Assembly: GCA_964552445.1 (NCBI GenBank)
Contig: CAZKHF010000001.1
Span: 25,154 to 89,153 of the forward strand
Length of the DNA stretch: 64,000 bases
Direction of reading: 5' to 3'
Source: an uncultured Bradyrhizobium sp.
GTDB taxonomy: Bacteria > Pseudomonadota > Alphaproteobacteria > Rhizobiales > Beijerinckiaceae
A program made the position numbers and the translations under genes. Position 1 is the first letter of the stretch; each line of letters opens with the position of its first letter. The notes under the pieces were generated by a model that saw only the letters and a program-made list of their open reading frames with translations, was not told the DNA's origin and searched no databases. This document shows positions 24,001-36,000 of this stretch, piece after piece.

Positions 24001-27000
24001 TTCGGTCGATTCGCCCTTGTCGGGCGCCGTTTGATAGGTCGGCGGGGTTGTCGATCCCGACAGCGCGCTGGAGACGACGCCGCCCAAGCCGATGAGGATG
24101 CCGCCGCCAGCGCCGAAGCCGGTCGAAGTGCTGGTCGTGCTTCCCTGGGCCGCGCCGGTTGTTTTCGACGCCGTGTTGCCGGCCTGGCCGGCCGCCGCGC
24201 CGCTCTTTTCGGCCTGGTTGGTTTCGGCGCCGCCGGCGTTGTCGGTTCCTGCGTTGACCGTCGTTCCGTTGGCGTTGCCGGTGTCGGTCGGCGTCGTCGT
24301 GGTCGTGGCGCTCGAGCCGGAGCCGGTGGTCGTGGTCGTGCTGCCCTCGCCCTCGGTCGCCGCCGAGGTGGGCTCTTGAGTGGTTTCGTCGCCCTTTCCG
24401 GTCCCTTGCGTCTCGCTGCCGCCGCCGTTGCCGCCGCTGCCGCTCGACGCCGCGATCGCGACCGACACCGCCGCAGTCAGCGCGTTGATCACGGCGGTCG
24501 AGTCGGAAGTGACCGAAACCGCGCCGTGGGCGGTGAGCGAGCCTTCGTTCGCGTAAGCCGAGACGACGATCGGATCGTCGGAATCCTCGGTTTCGTCGGC
24601 GACCGTGCCGCGCCACCCGATCAGGTTGACCGCGACCGCCGCGCCGATCGCGACGACATTCGAGGCTTCCGCGCTGATATTGGCGGCGACGCTGAGCCCG
24701 GTCACTTGCGCCCCGATTTGCGAGGAATCGGTGGCCGAGATGGCGATGTCCCCCGGAACCGTTCCCGACGCCAGCGCCGTCGCGGTCGCCGCCTGCGTGT
24801 AGGCCTCGACGCTGCCGAGAATCGTGTTGATCGCGACCGCGCCGCCGCCGGCGACGCCATTGGCGCTCGAAACCGAGGCGCCGACCGCGATGGCGGCGAA
24901 CGACGCCATCGCGGAGATGCCGGTCGCCTGCGACGCGATGATTTCGATGTCGCCGTCGTGCGTCTCGAGGTTCGAGACATTTTGGGCATAGGCGGCGATG
25001 TTGGATTCGACGATGTTGCGGACGATGGTCAGCCCGATGCTGGTGTTGCCGGTGCTGGTCTGGGTCGTGAAGCCGACCCCGATCTTGATGACCGGCGTCG
25101 CCGTCGTCGCATCGATGGTCGCGCCCGTATCCGTCGCCAGGATGTCGATGTCGCCCGACGTCGTCGTGACCGCGAAAGCCGGATCGGCGGTATTGTCGAT
25201 ATAGGCGTCGGTCCCGGAAGCGACGCGGTTGAACGCGATCGTCGCGCCGACGCTGAAGCCCATCTGATAGAGATTGGTGATCGCGTTGGTGACGGTCGAG
25301 GCGATCTGCGACGAATTCGTCGCCTCCACCAAAATCCCGGCGTCCGCGGAAACCGGCGTATCGCTGATATAGGCGTCGACTTGATCCGCCTGTTCGCTCG
25401 CCAGATCGGCGCCGAACAACCCGTCGATGGTGTCGAAGAGAATGTTGCTGTCGGCGATGCCGATGGTGTTGAAGGCCAGGACGACGCCGACCGCGGAGCC
25501 GTTCGATTCGGACGTGGCGTCCATGTCCGCCGAAATCGCCGCCGTGGAGGAAGCCTCGACATCGACCGATCCCGCCGACGATGTAAGGCTCGTATCGCTC
25601 GCGTAGGCGGACGTCGTCTCCAGAATGCTGTTGAGCGCGATGGCCGCGTTGACCGCCAGCGAGTTGCCGCCCGCCAACGGACTGTTGGCCGACGACGAAA
25701 CGTCGCTGGTGTTGGTCGCGCTGATCGATCCGGTCCGAGTGGCGCCGATGTTGATATTGCCCGCGCTGGACACGCTCCCGCCGGCGACGTCCGCTTGGAC
25801 GGAGCCGCTGACGAAATTATTGACGAGGAGGCCGCCGCCGGCCACCGCGTTGGTCGCGCTGAGGCTCAGCGTGCTCAAGAAGCTGAGGACCGTGTCGACC
25901 GGGCTCGTCGTCTGATCCCGCCACAGGCTGGAGTCGGCGTAATTGGTCGTCCCGAGGTTGACGCCGGTCCCCTGCGCGGCTGTGCCGACGAAGGCATAGA
26001 CGTCGCCGGCGTCGCCGATCAGTCGCCAATCGGCGGAGTTCGACGCGTAGTCCTGGGTCGAAAGGTCGACCGTTCCGGCGGCGCCGATATATTGATAGAT
26101 CTGGGTCTTGGCCCCGACATCGTTGGCGGGAGGAATGACGCCGACCAGGGCGCCGGTCGCAAGCGTCTCGGGCTGCGGCGTGGCGGAGCCAGACTGATTG
26201 CTGATTTCGGCGACCGGAAGGACCTCTTCGCCGGGCAGGATCGTCACGACGCCCGACTCGTTGGTGTATTGGTAGTCGTTCAGCAGTTGCTGCGCCAAGT
26301 TCGCCGCGAGGCTGAGGCCGTAGTTGTTCACCGCCGTCGCCGAAGCGACGAGGATGTCGTTGGCCAGGATCGACGTGCCGTCGTTGGCGGTGACCGAGAC
26401 GGCGCCGCCGGTCGATTTGACGACGTCGCTCGGCGTCGCGCTGTTGTCGATGTAGGCCAGCGCGGAATCGCTCAGCATGTTCGTGCCGATGGTGGCGCTG
26501 ACCGCCATCGTGTTGGTGCCCTCAAGCGCGGTGAACGAAGACGTGGTTTCGTTGGACGTCGTCGCGGTCATCGTCGCCGTGTCGTCGGCGCGGACGTCGA
26601 TGTCGCCGCTGGCGGTCGCCGACGTGCTGCGGAGATAGGCGGTGACGCTCGCCGGATTCTGCTTGCCCAGCAGCGTCGGGTCGAGCAGCGAGTCGAGCAG
26701 GCTGTAGAGCACGTTCAGCCCGGAATAGCCGATGCTGTTGAACGCCAGTTGCCCGGCGTAGCCGTTGCCGCCGCTGGTGACCGTCGCGTCGTCCGTCGCC
26801 GTGAACGTCGCGGTGTCGTCGGCCTCGACGTCAAGGCCGCCGGCCGAGACATCGATCGTGGAGCCGCTAATGTACGCGCTGGACGAATCCTGCACGGTGT
26901 TCGTGGCGACGACGCCGTTGGCGGCCTCGGTCGTGCCGGAGCCGTCGATGAAGCTGCCGCCGTCCATGACGACGTCGGAGTCGTTCATCGCCGAGAGCGT

Positions 27001-30000
27001 CGCCGCCTCGGTCGCCGTGACCGTCACCTCGCCGACGGCCGAAAGCGTCGCGTTCGTCACCCACGCGCCGGCGCCGCCCTGCACGTCGTTCAGCGTGATC
27101 GAGGCGCCGACCGAAACCGCGTTGGAGCCCGAAATATTGTTGCCCTGCGGGATGACCTGCGTGATCAGCTCCGACTTCCAGAAGCCGGCGTCGGTATAGT
27201 TCTGCGCGTGCAGGTCGACGCCGGCCCCGGTGGTCGAGGCGCCCATGTATTCGTAGACGGCGTTTTCCTGGCCGACGAGCTGCCAGAGCGTCGGGTCGTT
27301 GGCGTAATCCTGCGCCAGCAGGTCGACGCTGGTCGGCTTGGAAGCGCCGCCGAGGTATCGGTAGACCTCGCCGTTGTCGTTGACCAAGCTGCCGGTGACC
27401 AGTTTCGCCGACCCTGCTGCAATGCTGAAGTCGGCCAGCAACCGCACCGTGTCGCCGTAATTGAGCGAACGGATCGTCGTCTGACCGGTTCCGTCCGGGG
27501 TCGTCGTGTAGTCGGAGGGCTCGAGCTCGTCGAGCGAGTTCTGCAGCACCGAGGCGCCGCCGTCGGTCGTGGTGATCGCCGAGGAGACGAGGGTGATGTT
27601 CGAATAGACGCCCGAAGCGTCGTTGGCCGTGACCGAGACCTTGCGGCCGGCGTCGACGTCCGGCGTGGTCGGGCTCGCCAGCAGGCTCGGATCGAGATTG
27701 GATTCGTCGATATAGGCGTCGGCCGATCCGTTGACCTTGTTCGAGGCGAGCAAGGCGCCGAAGGCGAGCGAGCTGTTGTCGGCCTTGTTGGAGCCGTAGA
27801 GGGCGGACGAAGTCGAGTCGGCGGCGTTGCTGAGCGTCGCGTTGATCTGCGCCGCCGACACCGCATCGACCGTCACGTCGCCGCCGGCCTCCACCGCCGA
27901 GTTCTGAATATAGGCCAGCGTGTCGGCGGGCTCGGCATTGGTGAAGGCCGAGGCGACCGCCGGGTCGCCGATCAGCGCGTCGATGGTGTTGAAGAGCAGG
28001 TTCTGAGCCTGCCAACCCACCGAGTTGAAAGCCAGCGAGGCGCTGTAGCTGCTTTGCGCGCCGCCGCCGGTGGTGGTCGACGAGCCGAGCACGGTCGCCG
28101 TCATCTGCTGATTGTCCTGGGCGTCGACGTCGACGTCGCCGCTCGCCGTCAGGCTCGCCCCGACCGCGAAAGCCTGCGCGGTCGACAGCACCACATTGGT
28201 CGCCGCCTGACCGTTGGCGGCCAGAACCTTGCCGCTGCCGAAGGCGCTGCCGCCCGAGGAGGCGACGTTGCTGATTTCGGCCGCGACCATGGTCGCGGCT
28301 TCGTTGGCGGCGATCGCGATGTTCCCCCCCGCCGCCTTGATGACGCTGCCGGCGTCGACCTCGCTGATCGCCGAACCGCTGACCTCGTTGAAGACGATCT
28401 GGCCGCCGATCGAAGTCGAGTTGGAATCGGTGAGATTGCCGATCGACGGCAGCAGAGCGTTGACCAGCAGGGATGGCGATTGCAATTGCCAGTCCGCCGT
28501 GTCGGTGGCGTAATCCTGAGTTCCGAGATTGATCGGGCTTGTGCCGCCGCCGATGTATTCGTAGGTCCCGCCGGCGCCGCCGTTGGCGTAATAGGTCGGA
28601 ACATAGACGAGCTGGCCGGCCGTCAGCGAGCGCGACCCCGACTCGGCGGTGTAGTCGAACGTGTCGGCGGTCAGCCCCTCGACGAGGCTGGTCAGCGCGT
28701 TGAGCGTGTCGGTGGTGTTGGTGGCGTCGTCGGCCTGGCTCATCGAGGTCATCGACGCGGTGTCGGTCGCCGAGAGCGTCACCGACGCGCCGGTGACTTT
28801 CGACGGCGTCTTCGACGACGAACCGTCGATATAGGCGTGCGCCGAGCCGGCGACCCGGTTCATCGCCAGCAGCGCCCCGGCGCTCGAGCCGGTCTTGCCG
28901 AACTTGGCCGCCTTGCCCGCGTCCTTGCCGTCGAAGATGTTCAGCGTCCCGTCCGGAAGGGCGACGTCGTTGTTGGCGGTAACGGTCAGCTCATCGCCGG
29001 TCGTCGCGGTGATGGTCGAGCTGCTGAGCGCGGTCAGCGCGACGGCGCCCGCGGCGGTTACCGTGGAATCCTGGATGAAGGCGTCGGCGTCATCCGGGAA
29101 CGCCGTGCCCCAAACGGTGTCGCCGAGGATCGCGTCGATGGTGTTTTCCAGGATGTTCGCCGCAGCGTAGCCGACCGAATTGAACGCGGCGATGACGCCG
29201 AGGTTGCCGATCGCGAACTTGCCTTTGTCGTCGGTCGGCAGGATGTTCGCGCCGTCCGAACCGACCACCTGCGTCTCCGAAGTCGCGGTAATCGAAGAGC
29301 TATTGTTGGCGCTGAGCGCGACGCCGCCGGCGCCCTCCTGGGTGACGGCGCTGGCGAGGATATAGGCCTGCGCCCCGGCGAGCACGAGATTGGTGACGAA
29401 GACGTACGACCCGCCGCCCTTGCCGACGACGTCGCTGGAATCGTTGGCGTTGAGGGTGGCGACGTCCTGCGCCAAGATGGTCACCGCGCCGGCGGTCGCC
29501 GCGACGCTGGTGGAATTCGCGATGTAGGCTTCGACCGGCCCGCGCACGTCGTTGCGCGCCACCAGCCAAGCGGTCGCATTGGCTGTGCCCGTGCTCTTGC
29601 CGAGCAGCTTGACCAGGTCCTTGCCGGCGTTGGTCGGGAACAGGGTCAACGCCTGCACCGGCTTCCAGAGGCCGAGGTCTTTGAAGCTTCCTTGCGCCGC
29701 GCCAGCGTTGGTCAGAGCCTGCGTCTGCCCGAGGTCGACGGACGTGTCGTCGGGGCCGTAATACTCGTAGACGGTTCCGTTCGCCGCCCGCACCATATTG
29801 CCGAGCGACAGCGTCTGAACGCCGGACTGGTCGGTGTATTCGTAACTGTCGAGCACCTGGCCGACGAACTTGTTGAGCAGCGAGGCGCCGAGGTTGTTGG
29901 TCACGCTCGCTTCGCTGGCGAGCGCCGTGGTCGAAATGATCGACGACGTATCCTTCGCCGCGACGTCGATCGAGGCGGCGCTGGTCGTCCCGCCAGTGAT

Positions 30001-33000
30001 GAAGGCCTCCGCCGTGCCGTTGACCATGTTGCTGGCGAGCGCGCCGCCGATCACCTGGGCGTTGCCGTCGAACAGGCCGGTGAAGGCCGAGGTCGCGTCG
30101 TTGGACAGATTGGCGGTGATCGACGCGCTGTCGGTCGCCGTGACCGAGAGCGCCCCCGAAGCGTCGATGGTGGAATCGGTGATCGAGGCCTGGTCGGTCG
30201 AGGGGTCCGAACTGCCGAACGAGGTAGTGATCAACGCGTTGAACGCCTGGGCGAGGACGTCGACGTTGCTCGGCGTCCAGCCGACCGTGTTGAACGCCAG
30301 CAGGACGTCGTAGCTCTTGCCGCTCGACGTCGTCGCCTGCTCGGTGTTGGCGGTCAGCGCGGAAGTGTTCTCCGCGTCGACGGTGACGTCGCCGCTGCCG
30401 TCGGCGGTCAGCGTGCTGTCGCTGACGGCGGCGTCGGACGAGGTCAGGATCGTGTTGGTGGCGATGGTGACGGTCGCCGCCACCGCGGTCGCGTCCTTGC
30501 TGCCGAAGATGTCGGTGCCGGTCGCCGACGCGGAATTGTCGGCGATGGCCGAAACGGTCGCGTCTTCGATCGCCTGAACGACGATGTTGCTGTTCGCCGC
30601 GTTGGGATTGACGACGCCCGCCGGGCTGGTCGCCGTCCGCAGATTGGCGTTGGTGACATAAGCGTTCGCGCCGCCGCGGTCGTCGTTGAGCACGATCACG
30701 CCGCTGTTGGCGCCGGCCGCCGAAGCGGTGATGTTGACGCCCTGAGGAACGAGCTGGGTCGCGCCAACCGGCTTCCACAATTCGAGATTGTTGTAATTCT
30801 GGGCGTTGAGATCGAGGTTCGCCGCGGTCCCCATATATTCGTAGACGCCGCTCGCCTCGCCGCCGACCAGAACCCAGTCGGAAGGATCGTTGGTCGGATT
30901 GAACGTCTGCAGATCGACGTTACTCGCCTCCGGGCCGACGTAGCTGTAAACCGGATTGGTGATGGTGGTGACGCCAGAGGAGACCGTCGTCGTGGTGAAG
31001 CTCGCCGTCTGATAGGGCTTGAGATCGGCGACGATCGGATCCGTGTCGGCGTAAGTGGCGGCGCCGTAGGTCGGCGCCAGCCGCACGGTGTCGCCGAACG
31101 TCAGCGCCGTGGTCGCGCCGGTGTCCGCGCCGGTGGTGAAATCGGCGGGAACGACGTCGTTGAGCGCCGATTGCAGGATCGCGGCGCCGTCGCTGGAGAC
31201 GGTCGACGCGTCGACCATCTTCACGTTGGAATAGATCTGCGACTTGTCGTTGGCGGTGACCGAGACGCCGCCGCCCGCCTGCACGTTGGGCGAGCTTTGC
31301 GACAGGCCGGTCTCGTCGATGTAGGCCTTGGCCGTGCCGTTGACCTTGTTGGAGGCGAGCAGGCCGCCGAAATTGCCGCCGGTCGCCCTGTCCTTGTCTT
31401 CCAGGTTCGAAATGTAAAGCGCCGAATTCACGGACTCGGCGGCGTTGCTCATGGTCGCGTTGATCTGCGCCAGATCGACGGCGCTGACGGTCACGTCGCC
31501 GCCGGCGACCACCGGAGTGTCGACGATCGCCGCCACCGTGTCGCTGGGATCGGCCCCGCCGAACGCCGCCGACGCGCTCGGGTCGTCGATCAGCGCGTCG
31601 ATCGCATTTTCGAGAATGTTCTCGGGGACCCAACCGACCGAATTGAAGGCCAGCGAGATGCTGTAGGCCGATTGCGCGCCGCCGCCGCTCGTCTGCGCCG
31701 CCGCATGGACCCGCGCGTCCAGGATCTGGCTGTTGGTCGCCTCGACCGTGACGTCGCCGCTCGCCGTCAGCGTCGCCTGCTCGGCCATCGCCGTGGCGTG
31801 GGACTGAACGACGTTGGTCGCGGCCTGCCCGTTCGCCGACACCACCGTGCCCGCGCCGAACGTGCCGCCGCCCGAGCTCGAGATGTTGCTCGTCACCTCG
31901 GCGTCGAGTTGCGCCGCCTCGGTGGCGGTCAGCGCGATGGCGCCGGCGGTCGCGGTCAGTTGCACGCCCGCGTAGACCATGCTTTGCGCTGAGCCGACCA
32001 CTTCGTTGTAGACGATGTCGCCGCCGACCGCGCGCGCGCTGGAGGCGGTGAGATTGCCGATTTGCGGCGCGAGCGAATTGAGGATGTCGTCGGCGACGGT
32101 GGCGCTCGAAAGCTGTTGCCAATTGCTCGTGTCGGCGTAGTCGGCGGCTCCGAGGTCGACCGGGGTCGTCTTGTTCGCGCCGATATAGAGATAGAGCCCG
32201 CCTGGGTTGCCGCCGCCGGTGTAGTCGCCCTTGGCGGTCGGAATATAGACCAGAGTGGAGCCCGGCGTCAGAATCTGGCTGCCCGATTCCGTGGTGAAAT
32301 TGAACGACGGAAGGAACTGCTCGATGTAGCTGGTCACCGCGGCCAAGGTGTTCGACGACGCGGTCGAATCGATGATCGAGCTCGTCGCCGAGATCTGCGC
32401 GTCGTCGTTCGACGTCACGGCGATCGAAGCCGCGCGCACGGTCGAGGTGTCAGACTTGTCGCTCGAATTGCCGATGTAGGCGTCGGCGGCGGCGGCCACC
32501 CGGTTCATCGCCAGCAGCGCCGCCGCGCTGGCACCGGTCTTTTCGTATTTCGCCATCAGCGCGAAATCGTTGAGCGCGGAGACGGTCGTCTCGTTTCCGT
32601 CCACCGCGGTGACGTCGGCGCCGCTGGTGGCGCTGAGCGCGACGGCGCCTGAAGCGGTGACGCTGGAGCCGGTGATGTAGGCTTCCGCAACGTCAGGCTG
32701 CTCGGTCCCGAAGGTCGAGCTGTCGTTCGACGTATTGCCCGACACCACGTCGCCGCCGACCAGCGCGTCGACGGTCAGCCCGAGAATGTTCTCCGGCGCC
32801 CAGCCGATGGTGTTGAACGCGACGATGAAGCCGAGGTTGCCGGTGCCGAGCGCCGTGTTCGCGGCGTCCTTGCCGTTGACGGTCGTCTGCGCAACCGCTT
32901 TGATCGAGGACTGATCGTCGGCCGTCAGCGTGACGGCGCCCGTCCCCGCCTGCGTCACCGTGCTGTCGAGAATGTAGGCGTGCGAGCCCGACAGCGCCAT

Positions 33001-36000
33001 GTTGGTGACGGCGACGCCGCTGACGCCGCCCTTGGCGACGACGTCGCTCGAATCCTGGGCGTTGATCGAAGCCGAATCGGACGCCATCAACGTCACCGCG
33101 CCGGCGGTCGCCGCCGCCTCGGACGTCGAGGCGATGTAGGCGGCGACGTCGCTGCGCACGTCGTTGCGCGCGATCAGGCCGCCCCACGCGTTGGCGTCGC
33201 CGGTCTTCTGGCCGATCGCCTTGACCAGGTACCTGGCCACGTTGCTCGGGATCAGCGTGAACGTGTTGAGCGCCTGCCAAAGCCCGTCGTCGTTGAAATT
33301 GGCGGTCGCCAGATCGACGGAGGAATTGTCAGGCCCGTAATATTTGTAGATCGTGCCGTTCGCCGCGCGCACCATGTCGCCGAGCGACAAGGTCTGCGTG
33401 CCCGAATCCTCGGTGTATTGGTAACTGCCGAGAATCTCGTTGGCGACGTCGTCGGCGATGCCGTTGATGATCCCGGCGCCGAGGTTGTTGGTCACGCTCG
33501 ACTCGCCGACCAGCGCGGTGGTGGAGACGATCGACGCCGAATCCTTCGCCGACAGCGCAATCGACGCAGCCTTCGTCGTCCCGCCCGAGATGTAGGCGTG
33601 CGCCTCGCCGTCGACCATGCTGCTGGCGAGAATGATGTCGTACGAAGCGACGTTCGCGTTGTAGAACGCGGTGATCGCCGCCGTGGCGTCGTTTCCGGTC
33701 GTCGCGTTGATCGACGCGGAATCATTGGCGGTGAGCGCCAGCGCGCCGGTCGCGTTCACGGTCGTGCCGGTCAGGAACGCCTCGACGTCCGCCGGCTGCG
33801 CGCTGCCCAGGACCGTGCCGACGAGATCGTCGATCGTGTCGTAGAGCACGTTGTCGTCGGCCCAGCCGACCGTGTTGAAGGCCAGCAGAGCGCCGACCGT
33901 GACTCCGTCCGACGTCGTCGCCTGTTCGGTCGTCGCCGTGAGCGAAGCGATGTCCTCGGCGTCGAGCGTGACGGCGCCCACCCCCGCGCCCTCGGCGGTC
34001 AGCTCGCTCGACGTGACGGCCGCCAGCGCGGAAGCGAGAACGACGTTAGTGGCGATGGTCGCGTCGACCGCCAGGCTCATGCCGGTTCCGAACTCGGAGG
34101 AGCCGCTCGAAACGCCGCTGTTGTCGTTGACGGCGGTCAGCGTCGCCTTCTCGCTGGCCAGAACCGCGATGTTCCCGGCGAGCGCGGTGACGTTGGCCGA
34201 GACGATGGTCGCCGAGGCGCCGCCATGGATGTCGTTGAGGACCACGGCGCCGCCGACGTCGAACGAATAGTCCGGTTTCAGGTTGATCCCGGTCGGCGTC
34301 AGTTGGAACTCGACGTCTTCTTTCCAATAGTTCAGATCGTTGTAGTTGTCGTAGGTGGAAAGCTTCGCGCCGCCGGAGGCGCCGAGGAACTGGTAGATCG
34401 CTCCGAGCGCGCCCTGCACCGGCGCCCAGTCCGCGGTGTTGGTGTAATCCGCCGTCTCGAGGTCCATCAGGCCCGGGTTTGAGCCGATGTAGCGATAGAG
34501 GCTGTCGCCCTCGCCGGTGTCGGCGGGAGAACCGGCGACGACGTGGACGATGTCGCCGACCGCGACATTCTCGAACTTGCTGGCGGAGTCGCCGAACAGA
34601 CCCAGGCTGGTGTCGTAGGTCGCCGCCAGCTCGACCTGGTCATCGAAGTTGGGGACCGCCGAGCCGTCGGTCGAAAGATAGGTGTAGGGCAGCGCCAGGC
34701 TGAGGATCTCGTTGGGATATTGCAGCCCGCCGTCGGACGCCGAGATCGACGAAGTGACGATCTTCACGTTCGAGTTGATCGTCGCGGCGTCGGTCGCCTT
34801 CACCGTGACGTTGGTCCCCGCCTTCACCACGACGTTCGGCGTGTCGGCGTTGTCGATCGTGGCGACCGCCGAGCGGCCGACCTTGTTGGTCGCCAGCACG
34901 CCGCCCGCCGATCCGCTGACGCTGGTGTAGCAGGTGGAGGTCTGCCCCGACCGGACCGTGTTGCTCACGGTCGCGTTGACCATCCCCTCGCCCACCGCCG
35001 CGACCAGCAGCGCGCCCGCGGCGGCGATCGCAGAATCCGTGACCTTGGCCTGGACGGGCGCGGCTTGCTCGTCGAAGAAGTTCGTCCCCAGGAGGTCGTC
35101 GATGGTGTCGAGGCCGAGCGCCTGCGTCGCCTTCCAGCCGATGGTGTTGACGGCGATCGCGCCGCCCACGCCGCCGCCGGGGCCGACCCCGCCCGAAGAC
35201 GTTCCCGAAAGACCGGTCGAGGTTCCTGCCTGCGCCCGCGCGTCGACGATCGACGTGTCGCCGGCCTGGACCTCGACGTCGCCCGCCTCGGTGGTGGTGA
35301 TCGCGCTGTTGGCGACCAACGCGCTGACCGCGCCGAGCACGTTGTTGTTGACGTAGGTTCCGGAGAAAGCGACCGCCGAGAGATCGAGCGTGCTCGACAG
35401 GCTCTCGGTGGCTGCGGTGGCGATGACTTGAATCTCGTCCATCGCCTCGACCAACACGGTCCCCGCCGCATTGATGGTCGTCTCGCTGACCGAAGCGGTG
35501 ATCGCCTTGTTGACCTGGTTGATCGCCGAGGACGCGGCGATGTAGAGATCGGCGCCGCCCGTATACTGGTTGCTGCCGAAATCGTAGCTCGTCGCCTGCG
35601 CGGTCACGGCCGAGCTGTCGGTGGCGGCGACGCTGGCGCCGCCCGAACTGGCGGCGACGGAATCCCAAGCAAGCAGCGCGTCGGTCTCGCCGACGACGTC
35701 GGTCGTCAGAATGTGGCCGGTGGCGCTGTAATCGGTCGCGCTGGTCGCCGACAGCGACAGGGTGCCCGTGTCCACCGTCACGCCGGCGATCTCGGCGATG
35801 GTGACGTCGCCCTCGCTGACTGAGCGGCCGTCGGCCCCCACACCGCCGCTCGAAGCGTCGATTTCGACCGAGCCGAGCCCTGTCGAGGTCTCGGCCAAGG
35901 CGATGGCGCCGCCGCTGGTCGCCGAGATTTGCACGGCGCCCGCGGCGTCGATCGGCGTTTCGCCGCTGGAAAGGCTCGTTGCGTCGGCATTGCCGACCAC

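Noticed and set aside
23926-31992. 2688-aa plus-strand ORF and other long plus-strand ORFs across 763-38049
   Set aside because: Antisense shadows of the giant minus-strand CDS: Arg/Val/Asp-rich with no motifs, as expected from high-GC codon bias.
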